IMG/VR virus record: IMGVR_UViG_3300035454_000441
Length of the DNA stretch: 64,000 bases
Direction: 5' to 3' (one strand)
Source of the DNA: a virus
Both the position numbers and the translations under genes were made by a program. The notes under the pieces are model-generated. The model had not been told where the DNA came from and did not search any database. It saw only the letters and a program-made list of their open reading frames with translations. How positions within the stretch are numbered: position 1 is the stretch's first letter; the number at the start of each line of letters is the position of its first letter. This document shows, piece by piece, positions 54,591-61,949 of the stretch.

Positions 54591-55793
54591 CTATTTTTTC
54601 AGAGATTTGTAGTAAGAAGTCATCTGGCCCAGAACTTCGGCCCTCTTGTCACCAGCACTCTTGACGCGGGTGGCATCAACCTTAAACGATTTCAGCATCA
54701 GCAGTTTGGTGACGATTTTAGCATCTTCAACACTGAACGGATGGTCATGACCAGCCACACGAACCAGGTCTTTCAGCGTATCCAGTCGAGTCTCATAAGC
54801 CAGACGGGCCAGCTTGCGCGGGCTCAGTTTGTCCAGTATCCGAAACCGCATATGCAGTCTAGCCGCAACGGGAACGAAATTGTTCACGTGGGCAGAGAAC
54901 CGATGGTCAGCCAGAAACGCCTCAGCGATTTCAGCAGACCGACGTTCATGCTCATAGTGATGCGGCAGAACATCTTCCGGAGTCTCGCCCTTCCCAACAT
55001 CATGGAACAGGACAGCCATGAAGATATGAAACTTCTCTTCGGCATCCTTAGCACGACGAACAGCGTCCATGGTGTGTTCGAACGCCGTCTTCCCGTGATG
55101 GTGTTCATGAGGACCAGCAGTCACTTTCGCCAGCTTCGCAACAGGCGGGAACAGTACTTCAAGCGCACCAGTCTCAAGCATCAGTTCAAAGTAGCGAACC
55201 AGTTGGTCACCCGTGGTGAACTGCTTGTATGCTTTCTCCAGTTCCTTCACGATACGTTCCTTGGTGATAGCACCAAGGTCGGGAACAGACACTTTCATCA
55301 GTTCAAGGGTCTCGGCTTCAATCTCAAAACCGAACTTGGCGGCGAAGCGGAAACCTCGAAGAATGCGGACTGGATCTTCCGAGAAGGCTTTCTTGAACAC
55401 TGTCACCAGTTTCTTCTCTTTGATATGCTCGCCGCCATTGAACGGGTCAATCAGACGCCGATTGGTGATTTTCATCGCCATAGAGTTGATGGTGAAGTCA
55501 CGGCGGGCAAGGTCTTCCTCGATATCAACACCAACCGCAGTCAGTTCGAAGTCGTGATAACCACTACCAGTCGAAGCTTCCTGGCGAGTCAGAGCGACCT
55601 CGTTGCTTTCGATGATGTAAATGGGAAAACGTTCACCGACAGTCTTGAGATTGAAGTGAGCCTCAAACTCTTCAACTGTGGCTTCAACCACATAGTCAGC
55701 ATCGTCGGGGGTCAGACCCATGAGAGTGTCACGGACGAAACCACCGACAACGAAAGACTTTTCAGCGAAAGGTGAATTGAGCAGGGATTTCAT
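54591..55793 (-). CDS. cca: tRNA nucleotidyltransferase (CCA-adding enzyme) with an HD domain
   Basis: GGFVRD, DDAD; HD domain ...LFHDVGK. Confidence 0.8.
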   Translation of the reverse strand: MKSLLNSPFAEKSFVVGGFVRDTLMGLTPDDADYVVEATVEEFEAHFNLKTVGERFPIYIIESNEVALTRQEASTGSGYHDFELTAVGVDIEEDLARRDFTINSMAMKITNRRLIDPFNGGEHIKEKKLVTVFKKAFSEDPVRILRGFRFAAKFGFEIEAETLELMKVSVPDLGAITKERIVKELEKAYKQFTTGDQLVRYFELMLETGALEVLFPPVAKLAKVTAGPHEHHHGKTAFEHTMDAVRRAKDAEEKFHIFMAVLFHDVGKGETPEDVLPHHYEHERRSAEIAEAFLADHRFSAHVNNFVPVAARLHMRFRILDKLSPRKLARLAYETRLDTLKDLVRVAGHDHPFSVEDAKIVTKLLMLKSFKVDATRVKSAGDKRAEVLGQMTSYYKSLKK

Positions 55794-55822
55794 TTTTAAC
55801 CTTTCTCGTTAGGTACAGATAC

Positions 55823-55851
55823 ACTATACACTAGTGGTGGAGAGAAGTCAA
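55823..55851 (-). promoter_or_regulatory. Early promoter, cassette copy k (TTGACT-N17-TATAGT + GTATCTGTA)
   Basis: agtcaa 55846-55851 / actata 55823-55828. Confidence 0.6.
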
Positions 55852-55897
55852 TGAAAAAACGCCAGACCTCAACAAGCGCCTGACGTTTTTCTTTTAA

Positions 55898-55991
55898 TGG
55901 AGGAGAGATAGAGAATCGAACTCTATCCGTGGTCTTAGCACGAACAATTGGTTTAGCAAACCATTCTAGGACCCATCCTAGTTAACTCTCC
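55898..55991 (-). tRNA. tRNA-Ser (anticodon GCU), long variable arm
   Basis: Acceptor ggagagt/tctctcc, T-loop TTCGATT, anticodon loop TTGCTAA, CCA encoded. Confidence 0.6.
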
Positions 55992-55992
55992 A

Positions 55993-56124
55993 TGGCTGGC
56001 TAGTCGGGAGTCGAACCCAACATCTACTTGCATACCGGTACACTTTCGATGTTCCGCTTAGAAAGGCCTGCCCCGGAAGCAGTATCTCCTATCCTGAACC
56101 GTCAGGTTGAAAGCGGTCTAGCCG
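55993..56124 (-). ncRNA. Unusual tRNA-like gene of about 132 nt (canonical T-arm + acceptor 3' strand + CCA; complementary 5' strand only about 130 nt upstream)
   Basis: TTGGG-TTCGACT-CCCGA, ctagcca-g-CCA; cggctag at 56118-56124; internal CCG anticodon-like hairpin. Confidence 0.35.
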
Positions 56125-56133
56125 ATAAACTTT

Positions 56134-56208
56134 TGGTACCCCCTAGTGGAATTGAACCACTTTCTTCGCTTTGTAAGAGCGACATAATGCCCATTATACG
56201 AAGGGGGC
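56134..56208 (-). tRNA. tRNA-Val (anticodon UAC)
   Basis: Acceptor gccccct/agggggt, anticodon stem tcgct/agcga, loop CTTACAA, T-loop TTCAATT, CCA. Confidence 0.65.
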
Positions 56209-56214
56209 TTAAAA

Positions 56215-56292
56215 TGGTCAGGCGGGTGGGAGTCGAACCCACATTGTCCGGGTCACAGCCGAACCGATTTATTCCTTTAATCTTACCACCTG
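56215..56292 (-). tRNA. tRNA-His (anticodon GUG)
   Basis: Acceptor caggtgg/ccgcctg, anticodon loop CTGTGAC, T-arm GTGGG-TTCGACT-CCCAC, CCA. Confidence 0.6.
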
Positions 56293-56452
56293 ATGAAACG
56301 GTAACCGTAGCTTATTTCCAGGTCACTACTGACAAGGTCAAGCGAACACACCCAACAGAGGATGGGCCCTACCTCGTTGCTGTGGTCATCTAGTACACTG
56401 GGGCTATGCTGGAAAGTATTCCCCAATCTCGTAAGGTATCACCACACACACG

Positions 56453-56965
56453 TTACCAAATTCCGTATTCTACAAGCAAGTCATAGGCATTCATATTCTG
56501 AGCCTTAATCTGGAGAAACTCCATGATTGTAGGCTGAGTTGGTCTCTTCTTGAGGTACATCTTAGCCTCAGAACAGGTCATGTCTGCCTTTGCTGAGTTA
56601 CACTCGGAACACGCGGTAGCAGTGTTTGTCCAAGTGTTTCCACCACCCTTTGACTTTGGAAGAACATGGTCAATTGTTGGCTTCTCAACATACTTGCCAC
56701 AGTACTGACAAATATATCCGTCACGAATGAAGACGTTACGCTTGTTCCACTTGACAGCACGACCATAGAACTTGCGAACTGCCTTGATTAGCTGAATGAC
56801 CAATGGCTTGAAATACTTCTCATTCAACTTCTCGCCTGTTTCCTTGAGCGCAACAGCGGAGCCGTTAGCTATCTTAATCATAGCCTTCTTAACCGTTGTA
56901 AAACCCATGAAGGTCATATCATAGTTGAGTACAAGTACATTCTTCTTTGTCTTCTGCTTTGCCAT
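56453..56965 (-). CDS. HNH homing endonuclease
   Basis: HVLPKSKGGGNTWTNTATACSECNSAK. Confidence 0.75.
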   Translation of the reverse strand: MAKQKTKKNVLVLNYDMTFMGFTTVKKAMIKIANGSAVALKETGEKLNEKYFKPLVIQLIKAVRKFYGRAVKWNKRNVFIRDGYICQYCGKYVEKPTIDHVLPKSKGGGNTWTNTATACSECNSAKADMTCSEAKMYLKKRPTQPTIMEFLQIKAQNMNAYDLLVEYGIW

Positions 56966-57012
56966 AAGTCACCATAGTTTAGAATACAATTGAATATAGA
57001 CTATAAAATATA

Positions 57013-57699
57013 CTACTTCAACCTTCTGCCTTTTCGCCATCCATCTGGAATTGTTTCCCCAATCTTTAACTTTTTGTTATCGATTTCGTTTGTAATCCAA
57101 AATGAACCATATTGCGAATTGAGTTTACCCGAGTGTTTGCCCATAGCAGATTCACTCATTTTCTTTTTTGTTTCCTCTGTGTGTTTTTTACCCAAAAAGC
57201 TTTTGCGATTAACAAGGACTTCTTTATTGTTGTTCCAATACTCTTTCATAGCAAGAAGACCTTTTAATCTCCCGACATTTTTCCCATCAATGATACGTTT
57301 TCGTGTCGCTTCGTCTAATTCTAAAAATCGTTCTTGATTGCTAAACGGTGAAACGAGTTTTTGGTAGTTATCATCATATCTTTTATTTTTATCTGAACAA
57401 CAACCCGTGTTAACATGATCCCAACCACCTTCCCCACCCACTTTGAGATTGTAACATTCACCTGATTCAAGTAAATCAACAGTGACTAGTTCCTTCTCTT
57501 TAGTGAATGCTTCCTCAGGTGTACCAAAGATGAATAGAACTTCTTTAGTGAAATGTTCTATGCCATACTTTTCTATGGCTCTTTTCAGTAACTTACCCGA
57601 ACCCACGTAATCATCATACGGATTAGTTGTTTTATGAACACCGATATAATAACGTTCATTAACTTTGTTTGTTGTTTTATATACGGTATAAACGTACAT
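57013..57699 (-). CDS. GIY-YIG homing endonuclease (Seg-like), paralog of 59582..60295
   Basis: YVYTVYKTTNKVNERYYIGVHKT... Confidence 0.8.
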   Translation of the reverse strand: MYVYTVYKTTNKVNERYYIGVHKTTNPYDDYVGSGKLLKRAIEKYGIEHFTKEVLFIFGTPEEAFTKEKELVTVDLLESGECYNLKVGGEGGWDHVNTGCCSDKNKRYDDNYQKLVSPFSNQERFLELDEATRKRIIDGKNVGRLKGLLAMKEYWNNNKEVLVNRKSFLGKKHTEETKKKMSESAMGKHSGKLNSQYGSFWITNEIDNKKLKIGETIPDGWRKGRRLK

Positions 57700-57770
57700 A
57701 CTTTAGAGAGTCCTTTCGCCCACGGAACTTCACTTCTATTTAGTGAAGTTCAACTCTCTAAAGTATGTCA
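57700..57770 (-). promoter_or_regulatory. Nested inverted repeats immediately 5' of the seg-like start codon (possible translational control hairpin)
   Basis: ctttagagagt...actctctaaag enclosing gaacttcac...gtgaagttc. Confidence 0.4.
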
Positions 57771-57774
57771 AAAG

Positions 57775-57861
57775 CGGAAGAGGGGTGGATTTGAACCCCC
57801 ATCGGTTTTGAGACCTACACTGACTTTCGAGGTCAGCCGCTTACCGTTAGCGTACTCTTCC
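57775..57861 (-). tRNA. tRNA-Ser (anticodon CGA), CCA not encoded
   Basis: Acceptor ggaagag/ctcttcc, anticodon stem ctgac/gtcag, loop CTCGAAA, long variable arm. Confidence 0.55.
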
Positions 57862-58113
57862 GTTGTTGGTGCCCTATGCACCAAGCGTAATTTTGTTCGT
57901 ATTCGTCAAAAAAGTTATATGGGTTCACATCACTTTCAGATAGTATACCCTCTTTGAACTCTTTTGTCAAGTGCAAAGCCATTGCTTTGCCTTTTGGCAC
58001 AATTGGACTTCTCATAATCACTTTCTCTAAATGAATTGACGATTGAATATAGCCGAGGGAGTGTTAGTTCCAGAGTGGTCGGCAATAGCCACGTTTCAAC
58101 CGTCAAATTAAAA

Positions 58114-58206
58114 TGGAGGAGCAGGACGGATTCGAACCCTCAGTCCGCTTCTTACACGGACACTTGTTTTCAAGACAAGGCCCCGACCACTGGGGTCAAC
58201 TGCTCC
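58114..58206 (-). tRNA. tRNA-Ser (anticodon UGA)
   Basis: Acceptor ggagcag/ctgctcc, anticodon stem cttgt/acaag, loop CTTGAAA, T-loop TTCGAAT, CCA. Confidence 0.6.
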
Positions 58207-58211
58207 TTAAA

Positions 58212-58652
58212 TTACCAAAGCTTATATTCTAGTTCCACACCCGCACCATCGTATCCCCTTTCATCTTCACTGAACGCGCAAGAGTGGTGTGTGTACTTCA
58301 AGTTTGTTCTGAACCTGGAGTCCTCTGATTGATAGAGATGATACCTCAATCCAAGATTACTTGTTGTGTGAGTATCGTTTCCATCATCGTCACACATAGG
58401 ACTAATTTTTTTCGTGTAGTCCAAGCCAGCGTAAACAGAAGCCCCGTTGTTAAACTTACCAGAACAACCAAACATCATTGATAAAAGAACCAAGAGAAGT
58501 GGTATAGTGACTGCTAACACAATTCCCTTTAAAATACCTTTACCCGTGTCTGTCTTGAAATACTCTTTCAGGTTTACGTCTCGCAAAGACCAAAGCATCC
58601 AGACGATTAGAATGGCCAATGCTGTTGCTACAAACTCAATACCACTAAACAT
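58212..58652 (-). CDS. Membrane/secreted protein (start at MFSGIEFV; RBS AGGAG) located inside the tRNA array
   Basis: N-terminal TM/signal segment; C-terminal ...GAGVELEYKLW. Confidence 0.45.
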   Translation of the reverse strand: MFSGIEFVATALAILIVWMLWSLRDVNLKEYFKTDTGKGILKGIVLAVTIPLLLVLLSMMFGCSGKFNNGASVYAGLDYTKKISPMCDDDGNDTHTTSNLGLRYHLYQSEDSRFRTNLKYTHHSCAFSEDERGYDGAGVELEYKLW

Positions 58653-58691
58653 AGTTGTTACTCCTTTTGGTGTTAGTGATATATTTAGTTT

Positions 58692-58766
58692 TGGTACTCC
58701 CAAGTGGAGTCGAGCCACTATCTTTGCCGTGTCGAGGCAATGTAATTTCCCTTATACGATGGGAGT
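58692..58766 (-). tRNA. tRNA with anticodon loop TCGACAC (anticodon GAC, Val-like; atypical C33)
   Basis: Acceptor actccca/tgggagt, T-arm AGTGG-CTCGACT-CCACT, CCA. Confidence 0.45.
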
Positions 58767-58847
58767 AAAGACGACCGCACATTCTTCTGAATGATTATTC
58801 CTTGTGGGATTTTAGACTTACGCCGAGTTGGTTGTGGTCATCAAAAC

Positions 58848-58940
58848 TGGAGGAAGGCTAGATACTCGAAATCTATACGGAGTCTTAGTCCGTACTCACC
58901 GCTTTCCAAGCGGGACCTGCTCCTCGCTGGTTAACCTTCC
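58848..58940 (-). tRNA. tRNA-Ser (anticodon GGA)
   Basis: Acceptor ggaaggt/gccttcc, anticodon loop TTGGAAA, T-arm TAGAT-TTCGAGT-ATCTA, long variable arm, CCA. Confidence 0.55.
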
Positions 58941-58945
58941 GAAAC

Positions 58946-59020
58946 TGGAGCCCACACCGAGAATCGAACTCGGAACTTCTCCTTACCAAAGAGATGTTTT
59001 ACCACTAGAACTATGCGGGC
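58946..59020 (-). tRNA. tRNA-Thr (anticodon GGU)
   Basis: Acceptor gcccgca/tgtgggc, D-loop AGTGGTA, anticodon loop TTGGTAA, T-arm CCGAG-TTCGATT-CTCGG, CCA. Confidence 0.6.
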
Positions 59021-59062
59021 ATATCTGAGTACTCTAAAAGGACCACTGTTCTGCCACTGAAC

Positions 59063-59200
59063 TACCTGCACACTATTGATGCAGAATGGGAGTCGAACCC
59101 ATGACGCGCGGTTTGGGATTAAATTGCTGTAGGTACTCATTGAAATTATACTGGATGCTTTTCTTCGTGCCTCTACCAGTTGGGCTACCAGTGCATAGTT
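59063..59200 (-). ncRNA. Degenerate tRNA-like element (T-arm ATGGG-TTCGACT-CCCAT; D-arm-like GTTC-AGTGGCA-GAAC lies 3' of it; no CCA)
   Basis: No consistent cloverleaf could be drawn. Confidence 0.3.
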
Positions 59201-59300
59201 GGCGCACTGGGTAGGATTCGAACCTACACTTGCCGGCTTTCACAGAGCGAGTTTTTGTTGCTGAATGCATCCATTTTTGTTTTTACTGTTTGCGTTGAGA
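59200..59300 (-). ncRNA. Degenerate tRNA-like element (T-arm GTAGG-TTCGAAT-CCTAC, acceptor 3' strand ccagtgc, CCA at 59200; 5' half unrecognisable)
   Basis: 3' module canonical; only a 5/7-pairing 5' strand found. Confidence 0.3.
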
Positions 59301-59387
59301 CCTTCTCTCAATAGGGCGGAGTCGAACCGTTCCTTGCCTGATTTTGGTGGCAAATTAAAATTGCTGTATGCAAACAAAAGTTGTAAT
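59300..59387 (-). ncRNA. Degenerate tRNA-like element (T-loop TTCGACT with a weak stem; no acceptor pairing, no CCA)
   Basis: ggcggagtcgaaccg on the plus strand. Confidence 0.25.
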
Positions 59388-59461
59388 TGGCAGGGGATAC
59401 AGGAGTCAAACCCGTACTTGTCGCTTCAAAGGCGCCTGTGCTATCGCTACACCAATCCCCA
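59388..59461 (-). tRNA. tRNA-Gln (anticodon UUG)
   Basis: Acceptor tggggat/atcccct (U1.U72 mismatch), anticodon loop CTTTGAA, T-loop TTTGACT, CCA. Confidence 0.5.
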
Positions 59462-59466
59462 TCAAA

Positions 59467-59550
59467 TGGCAGTCCGTGTGGGAGTCAAACCCACCAAGAA
59501 TTGTTTCAGAGACACTTCCGTACATCGGTACCCGGACAACAAATGGTAGC
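59467..59550 (-). ncRNA. tRNA-like element (T-arm GTGGG-TTTGACT-CCCAC, acggact-g-CCA) with an unresolved 5' half
   Basis: 3' module canonical; no complementary 5' acceptor strand found. Confidence 0.3.
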
Positions 59551-59581
59551 TAGTGTGAGTGCTGATCTCACCTAGTCATTC

Positions 59582-60295
59582 TTATGAGGAACGACCGTTC
59601 ACCGGAACCCTAGCCATATATCTTCCTTTAACCCATCCCTGTTCAAGATAGGTTTGTAAATCGTCTTTTTTTATAGTTTTGTTCTGTTGACTACTTGGGT
59701 TATGTATAAAACATTTTCCATACATGGGATTATTGGGACCCGAACGCTCAACTTCTTTTTGTGCTTTCTTCAAATGTTGTAATGTTTCTTCTGTGTGTTT
59801 TCTTCCCTTAAAAGGATTAGAAGTGTCTAGTGTTGGGCGTATTTCTTCATTCCATCGCTTTAAACCACTACGTTCATATGTCAATTTACCCACAACTGTT
59901 CTCCAAGACTCCCCGTAACGTTCTTTTAGAATTCTATCAGTCGTTTCTCTACCTCGTTTACACAATTCTTGATTTACAACAAATGGATTACCCAGTTTAT
60001 CGTTGATGTAGTCAAACCCACCTTCACCCCCACACTTCAAGTTGTAACACAATCCCTCTTCAAGTATGTCATCTGTTACTAGTTGTGCTTCCATGGCAAA
60101 GGCGTCTTCTGGTGTATCAAATATGAATAGTATATCTTTGGTAAAGTTTTCTATTCCATGTTTGTTGATTGCTAGTTTAAGTAACTTACCAGAACCCATA
60201 TAATTGTCATATGGATTAGTTGTCTTATGAACACCAATATAAAAGCGATTGTTTAACTTATTCGTAGTCTTATAGACTGTGTAAACTGCGGACAT
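59582..60295 (-). CDS. GIY-YIG homing endonuclease (Seg-like), paralog of 57013..57699
   Basis: SAVYTVYKTTNKLNNRFYIGVHKT... Confidence 0.8.
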   Translation of the reverse strand: MSAVYTVYKTTNKLNNRFYIGVHKTTNPYDNYMGSGKLLKLAINKHGIENFTKDILFIFDTPEDAFAMEAQLVTDDILEEGLCYNLKCGGEGGFDYINDKLGNPFVVNQELCKRGRETTDRILKERYGESWRTVVGKLTYERSGLKRWNEEIRPTLDTSNPFKGRKHTEETLQHLKKAQKEVERSGPNNPMYGKCFIHNPSSQQNKTIKKDDLQTYLEQGWVKGRYMARVPVNGRSS

Positions 60296-60360
60296 ACTCC
60301 AGAGTACCTTTCTAATGGAACTTCACTTTTATTTAGTGAAGTTCGATACTCTGGAGTATG
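60296..60360 (-). promoter_or_regulatory. Nested inverted repeats 5' of the seg-like start codon (same architecture as 57700-57770)
   Basis: ctccagagta...tactctggag enclosing gaacttcac...gtgaagttc. Confidence 0.4.
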
Positions 60361-60367
60361 TCAAAGG

Positions 60368-60434
60368 AGCGGGTGTGGGTAACGATCCCACTAATTCGGG
60401 GTTATGAACCCCGACGGCCTCCTAGGCTACCCGC
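60368..60434 (-). ncRNA. Short (67 nt) tRNA-Met(CAU)-like element. Anticodon stem has three G-C pairs (CGGGG/CCCCG), D-arm truncated, T-loop atypical (ATCGTTA), no CCA
   Basis: gcgggta...cgggg-TTCATAA-ccccg...gtggg-atcgtta-cccac-acccgc. Confidence 0.4.
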
Positions 60435-60547
60435 ATCATTTAAAAAGAGAAGTCTTGACTGGGTGGATTGCCTCCCCACCTCTAGTTTGGTCTGTTGTTA
60501 ATAACGGTCGACCGGCATCTAGTGTTTTGTTTCGTCAAGACTTCAAT

Positions 60548-60625
60548 TGGTAGGAACGGAGGGAGTCGAACCCTCAGTATACTTGGCCCTCAACCAAGCC
60601 CGTATGCCAATTCCGGCACGTTCCC
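60548..60625 (-). tRNA. tRNA with anticodon GAG (Leu codons) but a short variable arm (class-I shape)
   Basis: Acceptor gggaacg/cgttcct, D-arm tgcc-ggaatt-ggca, anticodon loop TTGAGGG, T-arm GAGGG-TTCGACT-CCCTC, CCA. Confidence 0.45.
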
Positions 60626-60629
60626 ATAA

Positions 60630-60705
60630 TGGCACCCCGTGAGAGATTCGAACTCCCATCTAAGAGGGTAGAAGCCTCTTGCCTTATCCAGTAGACTAAC
60701 GGGGC
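60630..60705 (-). tRNA. tRNA-Arg (anticodon UCU)
   Basis: Acceptor gccccgt/acggggt, anticodon stem agagg/cctct, loop CTTCTAC, T-loop TTCGAAT, CCA. Confidence 0.6.
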
Positions 60706-60706
60706 A

Positions 60707-61615
60707 TTAAACTTTCCACTTGTTAGTATATTTCATGCCGTAGTTGTTGACGCCTTTCGGTATAACGATGCCAGGTTTCAAGCGCAATTTGTTACCTTTG
60801 AAAGGACTGTAATCTACGTGATGGTGCCAGCGTCCATATCTCCAAACGAGTCTAGCAACATCGGGGTGCATATCTACTAACATTTGTGACTTGTTGATTG
60901 TACCTGTGGGATTAAGCTGTTTCTCTCTCCACTTCTCTTTGTCCAACTCTCCTTCAACGTGGTAGAACTCTTGTGTATTACCACCTTTGACAGTTTGGGT
61001 AGCACACTTACCTTGAAGGAATGCGTTAAATTGAATGGTACAGTCACCATCTTTTAAAACACGAAGACAAATATCGGTATCTTCGTTGTAACGTCCACGC
61101 CAACGATGCTTACACTCATTATGAATGAGCAGGGTGGAATAGATACGTGTATTAGCTACAAAAGCAGGATACTTGGTATTAGGTGCAATAAAGAACCGAT
61201 ACTGAAATCCCGAAATGGGTACGTTTTCATATCTGTCCACAAAGTCTTCGGCAGCCCTAAAGATTGCACCAGACTCAACCCTAACACGTTCATTCTTGTG
61301 AAGTCGATAGAAGTCTTGAATGTTGTCATCCATTACCCAGTGACGTTCAGCACCAAGAAGAATGGAATGGTCCCAACACCAGTTTCTAGCCCGACCCGGA
61401 CCATCGCCGTGATTACTGAAAGGCAGAACGAGAAGAGTTACATAGTCTCTGATACCAAAGTTGTCAAGCGCCTGATCATACAGTTCATAGTCTTGTGGTT
61501 CGACAGAAATGTAATGAGGTACTTTCATTCGCGAAAGGGACCGAGACGTAAACATTGACTCATGGCGACCCTTACTGATGATATAAACTGGGTATCTTGG
61601 ATTAGTCATCTTCAA
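60707..61615 (-). CDS. Hypothetical protein (302 aa; contains a DxD-like VMDDN)
   Basis: ORF track. Confidence 0.5.
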   Translation of the reverse strand: MKMTNPRYPVYIISKGRHESMFTSRSLSRMKVPHYISVEPQDYELYDQALDNFGIRDYVTLLVLPFSNHGDGPGRARNWCWDHSILLGAERHWVMDDNIQDFYRLHKNERVRVESGAIFRAAEDFVDRYENVPISGFQYRFFIAPNTKYPAFVANTRIYSTLLIHNECKHRWRGRYNEDTDICLRVLKDGDCTIQFNAFLQGKCATQTVKGGNTQEFYHVEGELDKEKWREKQLNPTGTINKSQMLVDMHPDVARLVWRYGRWHHHVDYSPFKGNKLRLKPGIVIPKGVNNYGMKYTNKWKV

Positions 61616-61949
61616 ACCACCTCTTCAAGCTATTCGCGTCTTTGTCTAGACCCGGATACCAGATTGTCTTGGTCTTTTCAGTCAACTTCTGGTCGACCAG
61701 TTTAGCGAACTCAAGATAGTCTTCTTTTGACCGGAAAGAAACGATGATCTTCTTAAAGCAGGGATTGTCTTCCTGCTCAAACTCTGGCATACCAACCCAG
61801 TGCTTTTTCCACGCTTCATCTTCCGTGTCTTGCACCTCAATGAAGTCTTCAAGAGTTGGCGGAAGATACTCAACGTCCTTCTTACCGAGGAAGTTCTCAT
61901 ACTCTGTAGACTCGGGCACAACAACAGCAGGGACATTCTTTTTAGTCAT
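61602..61949 (-). CDS. Hypothetical protein (115 aa)
   Basis: ORF track. Confidence 0.45.
   Translation of the reverse strand: MTKKNVPAVVVPESTEYENFLGKKDVEYLPPTLEDFIEVQDTEDEAWKKHWVGMPEFEQEDNPCFKKIIVSFRSKEDYLEFAKLVDQKLTEKTKTIWYPGLDKDANSLKRWFEDD

Noticed and set aside
56028-56393. Plus-strand 121-aa ORF
   Set aside because: It runs antisense across three tRNA genes and so is not a real CDS.
58692-58766. tRNA-Asp assignment for this tRNA
   Set aside because: The anticodon loop reads TCGACAC (GAC, Val-like, C at position 33), not the CUGUCAC of Asp. The clear tRNA-Asp(GUC) is at 62913-62988.
59063-59200. Confident call of circularly permuted tRNA genes
   Set aside because: The 3'-module-then-5'-module order is suggestive. 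But no complete anticodon arms could be assigned by eye, so it is reported only as a hypothesis within a finding.
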